Shown one piece after another: positions 19,617 through 30,037 of a stretch of DNA of 64,000 bases. The notes below the pieces were generated by a model. The model saw nothing but the letters and a program-made list of their open reading frames with translations. It had not been told where the DNA came from and did no database searches. A program made the position numbers and the translations under genes. The DNA comes from Candidatus Desulfobia pelagia. Lineage in GTDB: Bacteria; Desulfobacterota; Desulfobulbia; Desulfobulbales; SURF-16. The stretch covers positions 6,017 to 70,016 of the forward strand of contig JACNJZ010000045.1 of NCBI GenBank assembly GCA_014382295.1, read 5' to 3'. How positions within the stretch are numbered: the first letter of the stretch is position 1; every line of letters begins with the position of its first letter.

Positions 19617-19795
19617 TCCACACAATACAGAAGACCTATGGAGTCCGGCCAATGCCACCCGCCCTTTATATTTTGGCAAAATATTTTCGTGTATTTCCGT
19701 GGGTTCTGTGGCAAACTATCTCTCCAAATTTATATACATTAAAAAATCCCATGAGGCCCTTTCGGTTCTCTGTGAAATTTTGACAAGGCAACACA

Positions 19796-21025
19796 ATGAC
19801 GAAAACAGGATATTACGGCAACTGGGGCGGAGCCTTTATTCCAGAAGTGCTTTATGAAACTTTCCGGGAACTCAATACCGCCTTTGAACAGGCAAAAAAG
19901 GAACCTGCATTCTGGCAGGAGTATACGGACCTTATGTCCACGTATTCATGCCGGCCCACTCCCCTCACCCATGCAGAGAATCTCAGCCGTCACTTCGGCG
20001 GCGCCCAGATATATATCAAGAGAGAAGACCTCAATCATACGGGAGCACATAAAGCCAACAACGTCATGGGCCAGGGACTTCTTGTCAAACGAATGGGCAA
20101 GAAACGTGTTATTGCTGAAACCGGGGCTGGCCAGCATGGAGTAGCCACGGCAACCATGGCCGCCAAATTCGGGTTTGACTGCACTATCTATATGGGTGAA
20201 GAAGATGTCATGCGGCAACGCCCGAATGTTTTCTGGATGGAAAAACTCGGTGCAACCGTGGTGCCGGTCACCTCCGGCTCAAAAACCCTGAAAGATGCCA
20301 TAAATGAGGCCTTCCGGGACTGGGTTACCGATATGGATGACACCCATTATGTCATGGGTACCGTCTGCGGCCCCCACCCCTTTCCTGAAATGGTCGCCTG
20401 GTTTCAATCCATCATTGGCATGGAGGCACGCAAACAGATACTCAGCCAGTTCGGCTCCCTGCCAAGCCGCGTTTTTGCCTGTGTTGGCGGCGGATCGAAT
20501 GCAATGGGTGTCTTTCAGGGCTTTCTGGATGATGCCGATGTAGAACTTGTCGGTGTGGAAGCAGGCGGCAAAGGCCTAGAAAGCGGCCAGCATGCTTCCC
20601 GCCTTGCAGGAAAAGATGGCTCAGCCGGGGTTGCCCAGGGGTACAAGACCATGTTTCTTCAGGACGGTGACGGCCAGATGTGCGATACACACTCGGTGGC
20701 CGCCGGCCTTGACTATGTCGGTGTTTCACCGATACTGACAGATCTCTGGGAAAAAAGGCGTGTCCGCTTCGCAGCAGCAACTGACAGCGAAGTGATGGAC
20801 GCCCTCGAACTCACCATGAAAAAGGAGGGCATTATCCCGGCCCTGGAATCAACCCATGCCTTTGTTCAGGCCTTTAAGGAAGCAGGCCAGCTCAACGAAA
20901 AACAAGCGATTCTTATCAACATGTCAGGCCGGGGAGACAAGGACATCTTCACCATTGCCAATGCCTTTGACGATCCATCATGGAAAGAGTTTATCATAGG
21001 AAAAGGAGCTGAATATGCAGCTTGA
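19796..21025 (+). CDS. trpB: Tryptophan synthase beta chain
   Basis: 409 aa. GNWGGAFIPE, REDLNHTGAHKANN (PLP lysine) and ETGAGQHGVATA motifs. Confidence 0.93.
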   Translation: MTKTGYYGNWGGAFIPEVLYETFRELNTAFEQAKKEPAFWQEYTDLMSTYSCRPTPLTHAENLSRHFGGAQIYIKREDLNHTGAHKANNVMGQGLLVKRMGKKRVIAETGAGQHGVATATMAAKFGFDCTIYMGEEDVMRQRPNVFWMEKLGATVVPVTSGSKTLKDAINEAFRDWVTDMDDTHYVMGTVCGPHPFPEMVAWFQSIIGMEARKQILSQFGSLPSRVFACVGGGSNAMGVFQGFLDDADVELVGVEAGGKGLESGQHASRLAGKDGSAGVAQGYKTMFLQDGDGQMCDTHSVAAGLDYVGVSPILTDLWEKRRVRFAAATDSEVMDALELTMKKEGIIPALESTHAFVQAFKEAGQLNEKQAILINMSGRGDKDIFTIANAFDDPSWKEFIIGKGAEYAA

Positions 21026-21779
21026 AGAATATATCAAAAAAACCCGGGCAGACAAAAACATCCTGCTGATGACCCATATCGTTCTTGGCTACACGTCACT
21101 TGAGGTCAACCGGGAAGTCATCAGGCAGATGGTTGAAAACGGCGTCGATCTTATCGAGATGCAGATCCCTTTTTCCGAGCCAATGGCGGATGGCCCGGTT
21201 ATTGTCAAAGCCAACCAGGAAGCCATTGAAACAGGAACAAAAGTTCGCCAGTGTTTTGATTTTGCCGCTGAAATGACCGCAGCCCATGACATCCCTTTTC
21301 TGTTCATGACCTACTACAACATCCTCTACCAATATGGCGTGGAGCAGTTTTTCAAAGACTCCAAAAAAATAGGCATCAAGGGATTCATCATCCCGGATCT
21401 TCCACCGGAGGAAGGTGAAGAGTTTTTCCGGCTCAGCAGGGAATACGGAATTGATCCCATAATGATTTATGCCCCGACATCCACCGAGGAACGGATGAAG
21501 TATCTCGCCGGTTACGGCAGCGGGTTTATTTATTGTGTGGCCAGAAAGGGAGTAACAGGCAAACAGACCGATTTTGACAAAGACTTCGGCAGCTACATGA
21601 AACGGTGTCGGAATTCTACAACAATGCCGCTAGCAGTTGGGTTCGGCATCAGCAGCAGGGAAGATGTGGAAACACTTGTCGGCATAGCGGATATCGCAGT
21701 AATCGGCACCAAAACCATCAAGGTCGTTGAAGAGGAAGGAATTGATGCGGTAGGTTCGTTCATTTCTAGCTTACGCTAG
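21015..21779 (+). CDS. trpA: Tryptophan synthase alpha chain
   Basis: 254 aa. Overlaps trpB by 11 nt. TrpA pattern (IEMQIPFSEPMADGPVI, FMTYYN, GFIYCVARKGVTG). Confidence 0.9.
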   Translation: MQLEEYIKKTRADKNILLMTHIVLGYTSLEVNREVIRQMVENGVDLIEMQIPFSEPMADGPVIVKANQEAIETGTKVRQCFDFAAEMTAAHDIPFLFMTYYNILYQYGVEQFFKDSKKIGIKGFIIPDLPPEEGEEFFRLSREYGIDPIMIYAPTSTEERMKYLAGYGSGFIYCVARKGVTGKQTDFDKDFGSYMKRCRNSTTMPLAVGFGISSREDVETLVGIADIAVIGTKTIKVVEEEGIDAVGSFISSLR

Positions 21780-21783
21780 AAAT

Positions 21784-21884
21784 GCAATTGATAGTGGATA
21801 ATTAAAAATTAAAAATTTTACAGTACTTTACTGATCAGATAAGTACCACCCATTATCAATTATCAATTTTCAATTCTTAATTGC
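21784..21884. terminator. AT-rich imperfect palindrome between convergent trpA and glgC; candidate bidirectional terminator
   Basis: The central near-perfect hairpin gtactttactgatcagataagtac (21823-21846) is centred on TGATCA. The outer arms (gcaattgatagtgg... / ...ttcttaattgc) are made of AATT-containing sub-repeats and are ~24/38 complementary. Confidence 0.4.
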
Positions 21885-21886
21885 CG

Positions 21887-23167
21887 TTAAACACTTTCCC
21901 CGCTTTTCACTTCGAGTGACGGGAAGTCAGCCTCTTTGCTCCATGGCTGCAGGATGCAGTTCCTTCCTACACGGGCACCTTCCGGGACCTCAACCTCTTT
22001 GCCTACCAGGGTAATGCCTGTATAGAGATGGGAGGGATACTTGACATTTACCGTCTCCTTGTCATCTCCGTATCCAATAATGGCATTTTTCCCTATCATA
22101 GCCCGCTTATCGAGAATCGTCAGGTCAAGACAGGCGCCTTCTCCTACAATACAGTCATGAAACAGAATGGAATCGCGCACTACAGCTCCGGGCTTGACAT
22201 GGACACCAGGGCTGAGTACTGAGTTTGTCACCTCGCCTTCAATCACACATCCAGCCGATATCATGGAGCCCTTGACGTTGCAGCCGGCTGCAAACCTGGC
22301 AGGAGGCCTGTCCGGGCTGTAAGCAATTCTCCCCCGTACGTTTTCCTCAACATTCGGCCGTATCCCCCACTTCTCTGGAGAAATAACTGCATCCTCTTTT
22401 AGAAGATCCATATTAGCCTGCCAATAGGCCTGTATTGTGCCAACATCACGCCAGTACCCATGGAAGGGATAGGCAAAGACATTATGATTTTCAATAGCTC
22501 TTGGCAGCAGGTGCATGCCAAAATCCGTCTCATCCTTATCTTGGGACAGCATTTCAAGAAGATATTCCGTGTTGAACACATAAATACCCATGGAGGCAAG
22601 ATTAGTCCGGGCGACCTTCGGTTTTTCCTCCCATTCGACAATCCGACCTTCATCATTGGTGATCCCGGCACCGAATTGATGTATTTCGCTTTCGGGAACC
22701 ACCATCATGCCAACGGTAACATCTGCGTTTTTCTGGCGGTGTGATGCAACCATATCATCAAAATCCATCTTATAAATATGGTCGCCGGAAAGCAGAATAA
22801 GCTCTTTAGCCGGATGGGCCTTGATAAAATCAATGTTCTGGCGAACCGCATCTGCCGTGCCCTGATACCAATCTGAATCCTTTGAGCCGGTGCGCGGCGG
22901 CAGGATTTTCACTCCGCGGGTCCGGCCGGTAAAACCCCAGGCCTCCCCTGTTCCAAGATGGCGCATCAGCGAGAGAGGTTTATATTGTGTCAAGACTCCA
23001 ACCTGCGTCAAACCGGCATTCATTACATTGCTCAGACTGAAATCAATAATCCGGTAAATACCGCCAAAGGGAACAGCTGGTTTCGCCCTGGTCTGAACAA
23101 GATTGTTCAAACGGCTGCCAACCCCGCCGGCCAGGATCAAGACAAGAGTGCTCTCATTACTTATCAT
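21887..23167 (-). CDS. glgC: Glucose-1-phosphate adenylyltransferase, catalytic-type subunit
   Basis: 426 aa. Canonical N-terminal LAGGVGSRL...RAKPAVPFGG.YRIIDF motif and a C-terminal left-handed beta-helix region. Confidence 0.88.
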   Translation of the reverse strand: MISNESTLVLILAGGVGSRLNNLVQTRAKPAVPFGGIYRIIDFSLSNVMNAGLTQVGVLTQYKPLSLMRHLGTGEAWGFTGRTRGVKILPPRTGSKDSDWYQGTADAVRQNIDFIKAHPAKELILLSGDHIYKMDFDDMVASHRQKNADVTVGMMVVPESEIHQFGAGITNDEGRIVEWEEKPKVARTNLASMGIYVFNTEYLLEMLSQDKDETDFGMHLLPRAIENHNVFAYPFHGYWRDVGTIQAYWQANMDLLKEDAVISPEKWGIRPNVEENVRGRIAYSPDRPPARFAAGCNVKGSMISAGCVIEGEVTNSVLSPGVHVKPGAVVRDSILFHDCIVGEGACLDLTILDKRAMIGKNAIIGYGDDKETVNVKYPSHLYTGITLVGKEVEVPEGARVGRNCILQPWSKEADFPSLEVKSGESV

Positions 23168-24423
23168 CGCACCGTCTCCCCTGTTTTAATTTCCCGGGAA
23201 AATTTTCCAGCGGGCAATGCAGGAAAAACAGTACAGTCTGATCCGATAACCGTCTTGTCCGGAATAAAATTATTCCAGCCGAGAACAGTAACCTCTTTAC
23301 TCTCCGCCGGTCCGGGATCGCCAATGACAGCACCATTGCCGATGGTGACATTGACATCACTGACAACCTTTTCCAGCCGTGAATCCTGACCTATTTTATT
23401 ATTGAAAAAAAGAACTGAATCCCTCACTACTGATCCTTTTCCCACATGGACGCCCGGAAAAAGGATTGACCGCTCGACGGTTCCTTCAACGACGCAACCA
23501 TTGTATACCAGGCTGTCCTGAATAGAGGCTGAGGGGCCAACCTTGAGCGGCTGGCAGTCCCCGACATCACGGTGCTCCATATTGGTCCGCACACCCCATT
23601 TCTCGAGATCAATCTTAGGCGCAGGCCCGAGAAGATCCATATTGGTCTGCCAATACTCCTCCATGGTCCGGGTATACCCCCAGTATCCCCTGAACTTATA
23701 GCCATAGACCCGCTTCTGCTCATACATTAACCGGGGAATAATATCCCGGCCGAACTCAAATGAGCTGTTTTCCTTCGCATTTGTCTTTAGAATATCGATC
23801 AGGGTTTTCGGCCTGAAACAGTAGACCGTCAATGAAGCCCAGTTACACCTGGGGCGATCAGGCTTTTCCTTATACTGCAAAACACGGCCGCCCTGGCCAC
23901 CATCTTCATCGTCAATATCAGCAACTCCGAAACGATGGGCCTTATCCATGGGCACCTGAACACAGGCAATGGTCAGATCAGCATCCTTCTCTCGGTGATA
24001 TGCAATCATTTCACGATAATCCATATTATAAACATGGTCACCGGAGAGAATAAAGACCTCTTCGGGGTTATGATATTCTATGAAATCGATATTCTGGTAA
24101 ACAGCATCTGCCGTGCCTTTATACCAGGAAGTATTACCGTAGCCTGCAGAGGGCGGAAGAATGGAAACACCGCGGCTCTTGCCAAGCATGTCCCAGGCTG
24201 CTCCGATTCCAATATGGTTAATGAGAGAAAAACTGCGAAACTGGCTGAGAATTGCCACCTGTTCCAGACCGGAACGCATCAGGTTACTCAGGGCAAAATC
24301 AATTACCCGGTACAAACCGCCAAACGGAACAGCTGATTTAGGACGATAATGGGTGAGGACATTAAGCTCATTAACCCGCCCACCTGCCAAAATCATAGCC
24401 AGAGTCTTTGGTTTGAGGTTCAC
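23164..24423 (-). CDS. glgD: Glucose-1-phosphate adenylyltransferase paralog with degenerate G-rich loop (GlgD-like, probably regulatory subunit)
   Basis: 419 aa. Same fold pattern as glgC, but the N-terminal motif reads LAGGRVNEL instead of GG.G.RL. 4-nt overlap with the downstream glgC. Confidence 0.65.
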   Translation of the reverse strand: MNLKPKTLAMILAGGRVNELNVLTHYRPKSAVPFGGLYRVIDFALSNLMRSGLEQVAILSQFRSFSLINHIGIGAAWDMLGKSRGVSILPPSAGYGNTSWYKGTADAVYQNIDFIEYHNPEEVFILSGDHVYNMDYREMIAYHREKDADLTIACVQVPMDKAHRFGVADIDDEDGGQGGRVLQYKEKPDRPRCNWASLTVYCFRPKTLIDILKTNAKENSSFEFGRDIIPRLMYEQKRVYGYKFRGYWGYTRTMEEYWQTNMDLLGPAPKIDLEKWGVRTNMEHRDVGDCQPLKVGPSASIQDSLVYNGCVVEGTVERSILFPGVHVGKGSVVRDSVLFFNNKIGQDSRLEKVVSDVNVTIGNGAVIGDPGPAESKEVTVLGWNNFIPDKTVIGSDCTVFPALPAGKFSREIKTGETVR

Positions 24424-24484
24424 TGAAGTCCTTCCTTTATAATGGGGTTAGACAAAGTTGGGATTAATCAAACATGATACATGT

Positions 24485-25591
24485 TTAAAGATGTCTTCTT
24501 GTCATCCGACGCAAAGTGATGGTATCAAAATCCTGATCCTGCTTAGGCAGATTCTTGAGTAACACTTCTGCCCTGGCGGCCTCCCTGTGGCCACCGGCAG
24601 CACCAAGTTCGCCAAAAGTTTTTGCGGCCAGGGTTCCGGCATTTTTCTTATAGCCATCACAGCGGAAAATGACGACCAGGCGCTCACCATAAATTCCGGA
24701 GACAAAAACCCAGGAAACTTCATGAACCCGGTTAAAAAAATCAGCGATGATGACCAGGATATCCGGATTTCTGACCCGCCCGACATGGGCATAAAGCCGC
24801 TGATTGTTTATCTTCATTGCCTCAAACGCGGTCTTAAAATAATTGAGCTCCGACATCCTGAGCTCACTAAGCTCGATCTTGCGGACAAGATTTTTATTAG
24901 CGATATTAAAAAGATATCGAAATGATACACCATCAGCAAGGAGAGACTTCTTCTCAAAATTGCGGGTATCAACTTTAATGGCATAAAAAAGGGCGGTTGC
25001 CAGGGCAACCGAAGGCTTCATTCCCGCAGCCCGCAAGTATTCCACCATCATCGAAGCTGTCGCTCCATATTCCGGGCGAATATCGACATAGGTTGCATCC
25101 CACCCCTTGGTCAGGGGATGATGATCTATCACCACATCATAATTCAATTCTTCAAAACAGGGATTATGCAGCGGCTGGGAATCTATCAGGACATATTTGG
25201 AATACTCCTGGGACTTGAGATCTTTAAGACGCTCGGCCTGAATCCTGAGGCGCTCCATCATGGTTATATTACTGAGACGCCGAACTTCATTGGGATAGCC
25301 AATGAGGACGTTTTTCACCTTATAGCGCAGGAGCCGTTTTACAGCCATTGCACTTGCCAGAGCGTCAGGATCAGCGCTTATAACCACCAGCACGTCATCC
25401 TCTTTATCAAAAATATCCCAAAATTCCTGCAGCCTTTCACGGGCTGTTTTGGGAGGAATTTTACGTTTTCTAGAACGATTGGAGCGAGTTAACAGATTAG
25501 TGTTCTTCAATATATTCACCCTACGGGATTGGCCCGTATAAGTTTGCTTTTTACCATACAACCATGTGACAGTGCAAGTAATAGTGGGCAA
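24485..25591 (-). CDS. DHH-family phosphoesterase (NrnA-like); start codon uncertain
   Basis: 368 aa in the track. ISADPDALASAMA (DHH motif I/II region), VVIDHHPL (DHH motif) and a GGH-containing DHHA1 end (ELGAAGGHREAA). The K/R-rich N-terminus may begin further downstream. Confidence 0.75.
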   Translation of the reverse strand: MPTITCTVTWLYGKKQTYTGQSRRVNILKNTNLLTRSNRSRKRKIPPKTARERLQEFWDIFDKEDDVLVVISADPDALASAMAVKRLLRYKVKNVLIGYPNEVRRLSNITMMERLRIQAERLKDLKSQEYSKYVLIDSQPLHNPCFEELNYDVVIDHHPLTKGWDATYVDIRPEYGATASMMVEYLRAAGMKPSVALATALFYAIKVDTRNFEKKSLLADGVSFRYLFNIANKNLVRKIELSELRMSELNYFKTAFEAMKINNQRLYAHVGRVRNPDILVIIADFFNRVHEVSWVFVSGIYGERLVVIFRCDGYKKNAGTLAAKTFGELGAAGGHREAARAEVLLKNLPKQDQDFDTITLRRMTRRHL

Positions 25592-25912
25592 CAGATAATT
25601 ACATAAATAAAGGGTTACTATTCAGGTGCGGCTGCAGCATGCAGCCTTATCCCGATACTGTAAATGTTCAGCAGTATACCAGGCAACCGAGAACTTTGGA
25701 TAGGACGCTACTGAACAGGTACAATAACGGGGAAAAAACCGGATAACTTTAAGGAGGTAAGTAAACCCAGGCTGGACTGATTCGGCCATAGTTTCAGAGG
25801 CTCGCAAGCTTGCTTACCTATCTTGGAGATATGCTGGATAATGGCGGCAATGAACTTGCAGGCATCAAAAGACTGAAAATTTATTGGAGCGATCAGCCAT
25901 TATTGTTTCTAA

Positions 25913-26671
25913 TCAGCCAAAGAATGCTTTGTGAAGTAGTTTTGCACATAAAATAAACAAAATGATGCTGAATATCAAACGGATACTTCGACCTTTCAAG
26001 CGAGTGCTCATGATGCGGGAACCAGCCTGACCTCCGGCAAAAGCCGCAATTGCAGCGGGAATCAAAAAAATCCAATTAATCTGTTGAATTGATACGTACC
26101 CCAGAAAACCGGTCAATGAAGAAAAACATACGATAAACGTTGACGAAGCAGCGGCAATTTTAGTTGGTGTTTTAAGCACATAAATGAGTAGAGGTACAAT
26201 AAATACACCACCGCCGATCCCCAATAAGCCTCCCATCAGCCCAATGCAGGCACCTATTCCAATGCCACCAAAAATTTTAGTGTAAGAACCGATTTTATTT
26301 CGTTCTATCTGGCCTGCAGGCGGCATCAACATACGTACCCCTGCCATGGCCAGGACAATGGCCAAGATAACCAGAAAGGGTTGTGGATCAATATATACAT
26401 TAAGATACGATCCAATTGGAGCCGCCAGGCTCGATGAAATGATCAAGGGAATGGAGAGTGAAAAATCCACCATCCTTTTTCGCGAATAGGTAAAAGCAGC
26501 AGATGCGGCAGCGATCAGATTGAGAAACAACGAGGCTGATGCCGCCTCAGACTTAGCAAACCCAAGAATAACAAAAAGAGGAGAAAATATAAGCCCTCCT
26601 CCGAGACCAACCATCGTCAATACCAGTGATATGAAAAAAATAGTAATGACGAGAAGCGCTGAGATACTCAT
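25913..26671 (-). CDS. TauE/SafE-family (sulfite-exporter-type) membrane permease
   Basis: 252 aa. Polytopic, with a duplicated G.GGG...P pattern (VGLGGGLIFSPL, LLGIGGGVFIVPL). 99 nt downstream of nuoN on the same strand. Confidence 0.8.
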   Translation of the reverse strand: MSISALLVITIFFISLVLTMVGLGGGLIFSPLFVILGFAKSEAASASLFLNLIAAASAAFTYSRKRMVDFSLSIPLIISSSLAAPIGSYLNVYIDPQPFLVILAIVLAMAGVRMLMPPAGQIERNKIGSYTKIFGGIGIGACIGLMGGLLGIGGGVFIVPLLIYVLKTPTKIAAASSTFIVCFSSLTGFLGYVSIQQINWIFLIPAAIAAFAGGQAGSRIMSTRLKGRSIRLIFSIILFILCAKLLHKAFFG

Positions 26672-26770
26672 GAATTTGAGAGATGTACCTTTTTAGAATT
26701 TCATCGGTAACTTCTGCTTTTGAGTGAAAATTTTGTCAGCAAGAGAAAAACCGTTTCCGATGGAAAGGTA

Positions 26771-28216
26771 TTAAAACCCAATCAATGATTTTCCTGCAAA
26801 ACTAAGGATAGGTCCCGGAAAAGTTGCCATACCGATCATTCCAATCATAGCCAGCACTAAAGCTGCTGTCATTCCAGGCGATATTGAAACAGCAGCAGTC
26901 TCTTGTACTGCATTTTCAAAATACATGTACCGTACTACCCGGAGATAATAATACGCCGAAATAACGCTAAAAATCATAGCAGCAACAACCGTAACAATAT
27001 ATCCTGCATGTATTGCGGCTACAAGCAGATAAAACTTACCTATAAACCCTGCTGTCGGCGGGAGGCCAACAAGGGAAAAAAGAAAAACGAGCATTAAAGC
27101 CGCAACCAGCGGATTTGTTTTAGCCAAACCCCGATAATCATCAAGCTGTTCACCGCGTCGCTTGTTATCGCAAAGCAGAATAAGAATGGCAAATGCCCCC
27201 ATATTCATGAAGGCATAGATAAACAGATAATTCATGGTGGCAGACAGCCCCTCATTATTCCCGGCCAGAATCCCTAACAGGGCATAGCCGGCATGGGCAA
27301 TGGAGGAATAAGCCAGCATCCGCTTTAAACTCTTTTGGGCAATAGCAGCAATATTGCCAATAGCCATGGTCAATACTGCTAGAAAGGCGATGATAGGCCC
27401 CCAATGAATATGGACGTCAGCAAATCCCATAATAAGAACACGCCCAAGCACGGCAAAAGCAGCAGCTTTCGGAGCAACCGCCATGAAGGCGGTAATGGAA
27501 GATGGCGCGCCCTCATAGACATCCGGAGCCCACATATGAAAAGGCGCTGCTGCCACCTTGAAACAAAATGCCACCAACACGAGACCAAGCCCCACCAGAA
27601 AGGCATGATTATTTATAAGATCGAGAGAAACCACGCGTTGGGATAACATACTTAAATCGGTGGTGCCGGTAAGTCCGTATATCAAGGAAATTCCATAGAG
27701 GAGGAGACCGGTAGAAAAAGCACCCATCAAAAAATATTTCAAAGAGGCCTCATTGGAGCGGCTATCTTGTTTCAATAAGCCAACCAGACAATAGACACTG
27801 AGAGCCATAAGTTCCAGCCCCAGATAGACAACGATCAAATCACCACCCGAGACCATAGCCATCATTCCCACTGTGGAAAAAACGAGCAGGCTGTAGTATT
27901 CACCATGACGAAGTTTTTCGGTTGTCAGGTAACGTTCTGATAATAAGACTGTAAACAGGACACCGACAAGGCATACCATTTTAAAGAAAACACTGTAGGC
28001 GTCTACGACATACATGTAGCCAAATACTATTCCACTGGGGCTGTTGAACAACAGCACCAGTGAAACCAGAGTACCTGCTGCAGTCAACCAGGGAAGAAGG
28101 AGACGGTTCTCAAAAAAGAGATCCACCACTATTAACAGTATCCCCACAGACAGAAGCACCAGCTCTGGTCCCAAAAAAGAGAGGGAGGACAGAGTGAAAG
28201 GTGAAAATGTATTCAT
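26771..28216 (-). CDS. nuoN: NADH-quinone oxidoreductase subunit N (antiporter-like)
   Basis: 481 aa. Last gene of the nuo-like operon, with a NuoN-type membrane pattern. Confidence 0.8.
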   Translation of the reverse strand: MNTFSPFTLSSLSFLGPELVLLSVGILLIVVDLFFENRLLLPWLTAAGTLVSLVLLFNSPSGIVFGYMYVVDAYSVFFKMVCLVGVLFTVLLSERYLTTEKLRHGEYYSLLVFSTVGMMAMVSGGDLIVVYLGLELMALSVYCLVGLLKQDSRSNEASLKYFLMGAFSTGLLLYGISLIYGLTGTTDLSMLSQRVVSLDLINNHAFLVGLGLVLVAFCFKVAAAPFHMWAPDVYEGAPSSITAFMAVAPKAAAFAVLGRVLIMGFADVHIHWGPIIAFLAVLTMAIGNIAAIAQKSLKRMLAYSSIAHAGYALLGILAGNNEGLSATMNYLFIYAFMNMGAFAILILLCDNKRRGEQLDDYRGLAKTNPLVAALMLVFLFSLVGLPPTAGFIGKFYLLVAAIHAGYIVTVVAAMIFSVISAYYYLRVVRYMYFENAVQETAAVSISPGMTAALVLAMIGMIGMATFPGPILSFAGKSLIGF

Positions 28217-28246
28217 AATTTCAATACCTCGTTAACATGTAACCAA

Positions 28247-30037
28247 TCACATACTCGAAAACATCCAGACCAGGACAACAAAAACGCCACCGGCCATAAA
28301 AGATAAATAGCGCGCTATCTGACCATTCTGCATCCACCGTAATTTTTCTGCAAAGTAGCCGACAACCCGGGCCAAACCATCCACTACGCCATCAATACCA
28401 TGCCAGTCAAACCAGGACCAGAAGCGGGCTGTAATCATAAGCGGCACCATCCCAGCCACCCGATAGACTTCACTCCAGGCATTATCGAATGACTGAATCG
28501 GTTTTCTAGCAAACCACATGAACACCTTGCTCCCCTTGCGATAAAACCAGTCAAAATCGAGACTGATCACCACTTCCGGCGCCAGTTTCTTGACAAACAG
28601 GAAAAACCCCAGAGCTGTGAACAACAGTATCTGCATGGACTCGGAAAGATGATATGCCGTATACGGGTGGTAGTGAACCGGGTATGGCAACAGGTTATAG
28701 AGAAACGGAGTATAGCAGCCGATGAAAATACAGAAAAAGGCGGCCACAGCCATGGCAATCTCCATATTAACCGGCGGGTCATCCGCTTTCTCCCAGGTTT
28801 CCTCGCTACAGTTATTCTTGCCGAACCAAATAAAATAAGGGACCTTGAGGCCTGTGTGGAGAAAGGTTCCGGCAGAGGCCAAGGTCAGCAGGAAAGCAGG
28901 CCACATGAGATGCTCATGAAACCCCGCCGCCACGATCATCGATTTACTGACAAAACCTGAAAACAAAGGAAAGGCTGAAATGGAAAGACCTCCGATGAGC
29001 GTATACACAAATGTTCTCGGCATCTTTTTATACAGGCCGCCGAGATCACTGAATTTACTCTTGTCTGTCATAAACAGCACCGAACCGCAGCCCATGAACA
29101 ACAGCCCTTTATAAAGAATATGGGCAAAAGCATGGGCACAGGCGCCGTTAATAGCCATTTCGGTACCAATACCGACCCCGGCTACCATATACCCGACCTG
29201 ACTGATAATGTGGTAGGCAAGAAGTCGCCTGGCATCATTTTCAAGCACCGCGTAAACGACACCATAGAGGGCCATAATGACGCCGAGGGGGACGAGGATA
29301 TCCATGCCGGCAAAACCACGGGCCAAGGCATAAATGGCGGTTTTGGTGGTAAAGGCACACATGAACACGGCTCCGGCTACTGTAGCCTCCCCGTATGCAT
29401 CAGGCAGCCAGGCGTGTAACGGCGGCACTGCGGCATTCAAAATAAAACCGATCATAATGAGGTAAGTATACAAGGTGGGTGAATCAACTCCGATTGGACC
29501 GAAGGAAAGATCGCCCCCTGTGGCCTTATAGCGTAAAATCAGGCCGGCCAACAACACTAGTCCCCCAAAGGTATGAACCAGCAGGTAGCGATAACCTGCG
29601 GATATGGATTGTTTTCTGCCGCGAAACCAGACAAGGAAAACCGAAGAAAAAGCCATCAATTCCCAGAAAAGAAAGAGGACGATATAATCGGCACAGTAAA
29701 TGACCCCGAGGGAGCCGGCAACATAGAGCCACGCCGCGAAAATCTCCCTGATCCCCTTCGCGTTCATGCCGTAAACAGTACCGATAAGACACATCAATGT
29801 CATGATAAAGCCAAAAACATGGCTTAATCCATCTACCCTGCCAAAGGTAAGCGTCCAGTCCATAAACTGAATAACGCCGAAGGTACCCTTGGCCATTGTT
29901 AACACATTGATGAAAGCAAGCAGAGGCACCAGGAGCAGGTAGAGATTACGAATAACCCTGGGTCCACGCACAAAGGGCAGGAGCAAAGCCCCTATGATCA
30001 GAACAGCGGCTGGATGAATCCATAAATCAGTCATCAT
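28247..30037 (-). CDS. nuoL: NuoL-type antiporter-like subunit with C-terminal lateral-helix extension
   Basis: 596 aa. MrpA/NuoL-like core, plus the C-terminus ...FDWFYRKG...WHGIDGVVDGLARVVGYFAEKLRWMQNGQIARYLSFMAGGVFVV followed by a final TM. This matches the NuoL amphipathic-helix region (IDG.VNG....LR..QTG.....). Confidence 0.75.
   Translation of the reverse strand: MMTDLWIHPAAVLIIGALLLPFVRGPRVIRNLYLLLVPLLAFINVLTMAKGTFGVIQFMDWTLTFGRVDGLSHVFGFIMTLMCLIGTVYGMNAKGIREIFAAWLYVAGSLGVIYCADYIVLFLFWELMAFSSVFLVWFRGRKQSISAGYRYLLVHTFGGLVLLAGLILRYKATGGDLSFGPIGVDSPTLYTYLIMIGFILNAAVPPLHAWLPDAYGEATVAGAVFMCAFTTKTAIYALARGFAGMDILVPLGVIMALYGVVYAVLENDARRLLAYHIISQVGYMVAGVGIGTEMAINGACAHAFAHILYKGLLFMGCGSVLFMTDKSKFSDLGGLYKKMPRTFVYTLIGGLSISAFPLFSGFVSKSMIVAAGFHEHLMWPAFLLTLASAGTFLHTGLKVPYFIWFGKNNCSEETWEKADDPPVNMEIAMAVAAFFCIFIGCYTPFLYNLLPYPVHYHPYTAYHLSESMQILLFTALGFFLFVKKLAPEVVISLDFDWFYRKGSKVFMWFARKPIQSFDNAWSEVYRVAGMVPLMITARFWSWFDWHGIDGVVDGLARVVGYFAEKLRWMQNGQIARYLSFMAGGVFVVLVWMFSSM

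Noticed and set aside
25830-25955. Short + strand frame (MLDNGGNELAGIKRLKIYWSDQPLL) as an IS66-type TnpC remnant
   Set aside because: The resemblance to the DNN..ER.IR motif is off by one residue and very short, so I cannot support it without a profile search.
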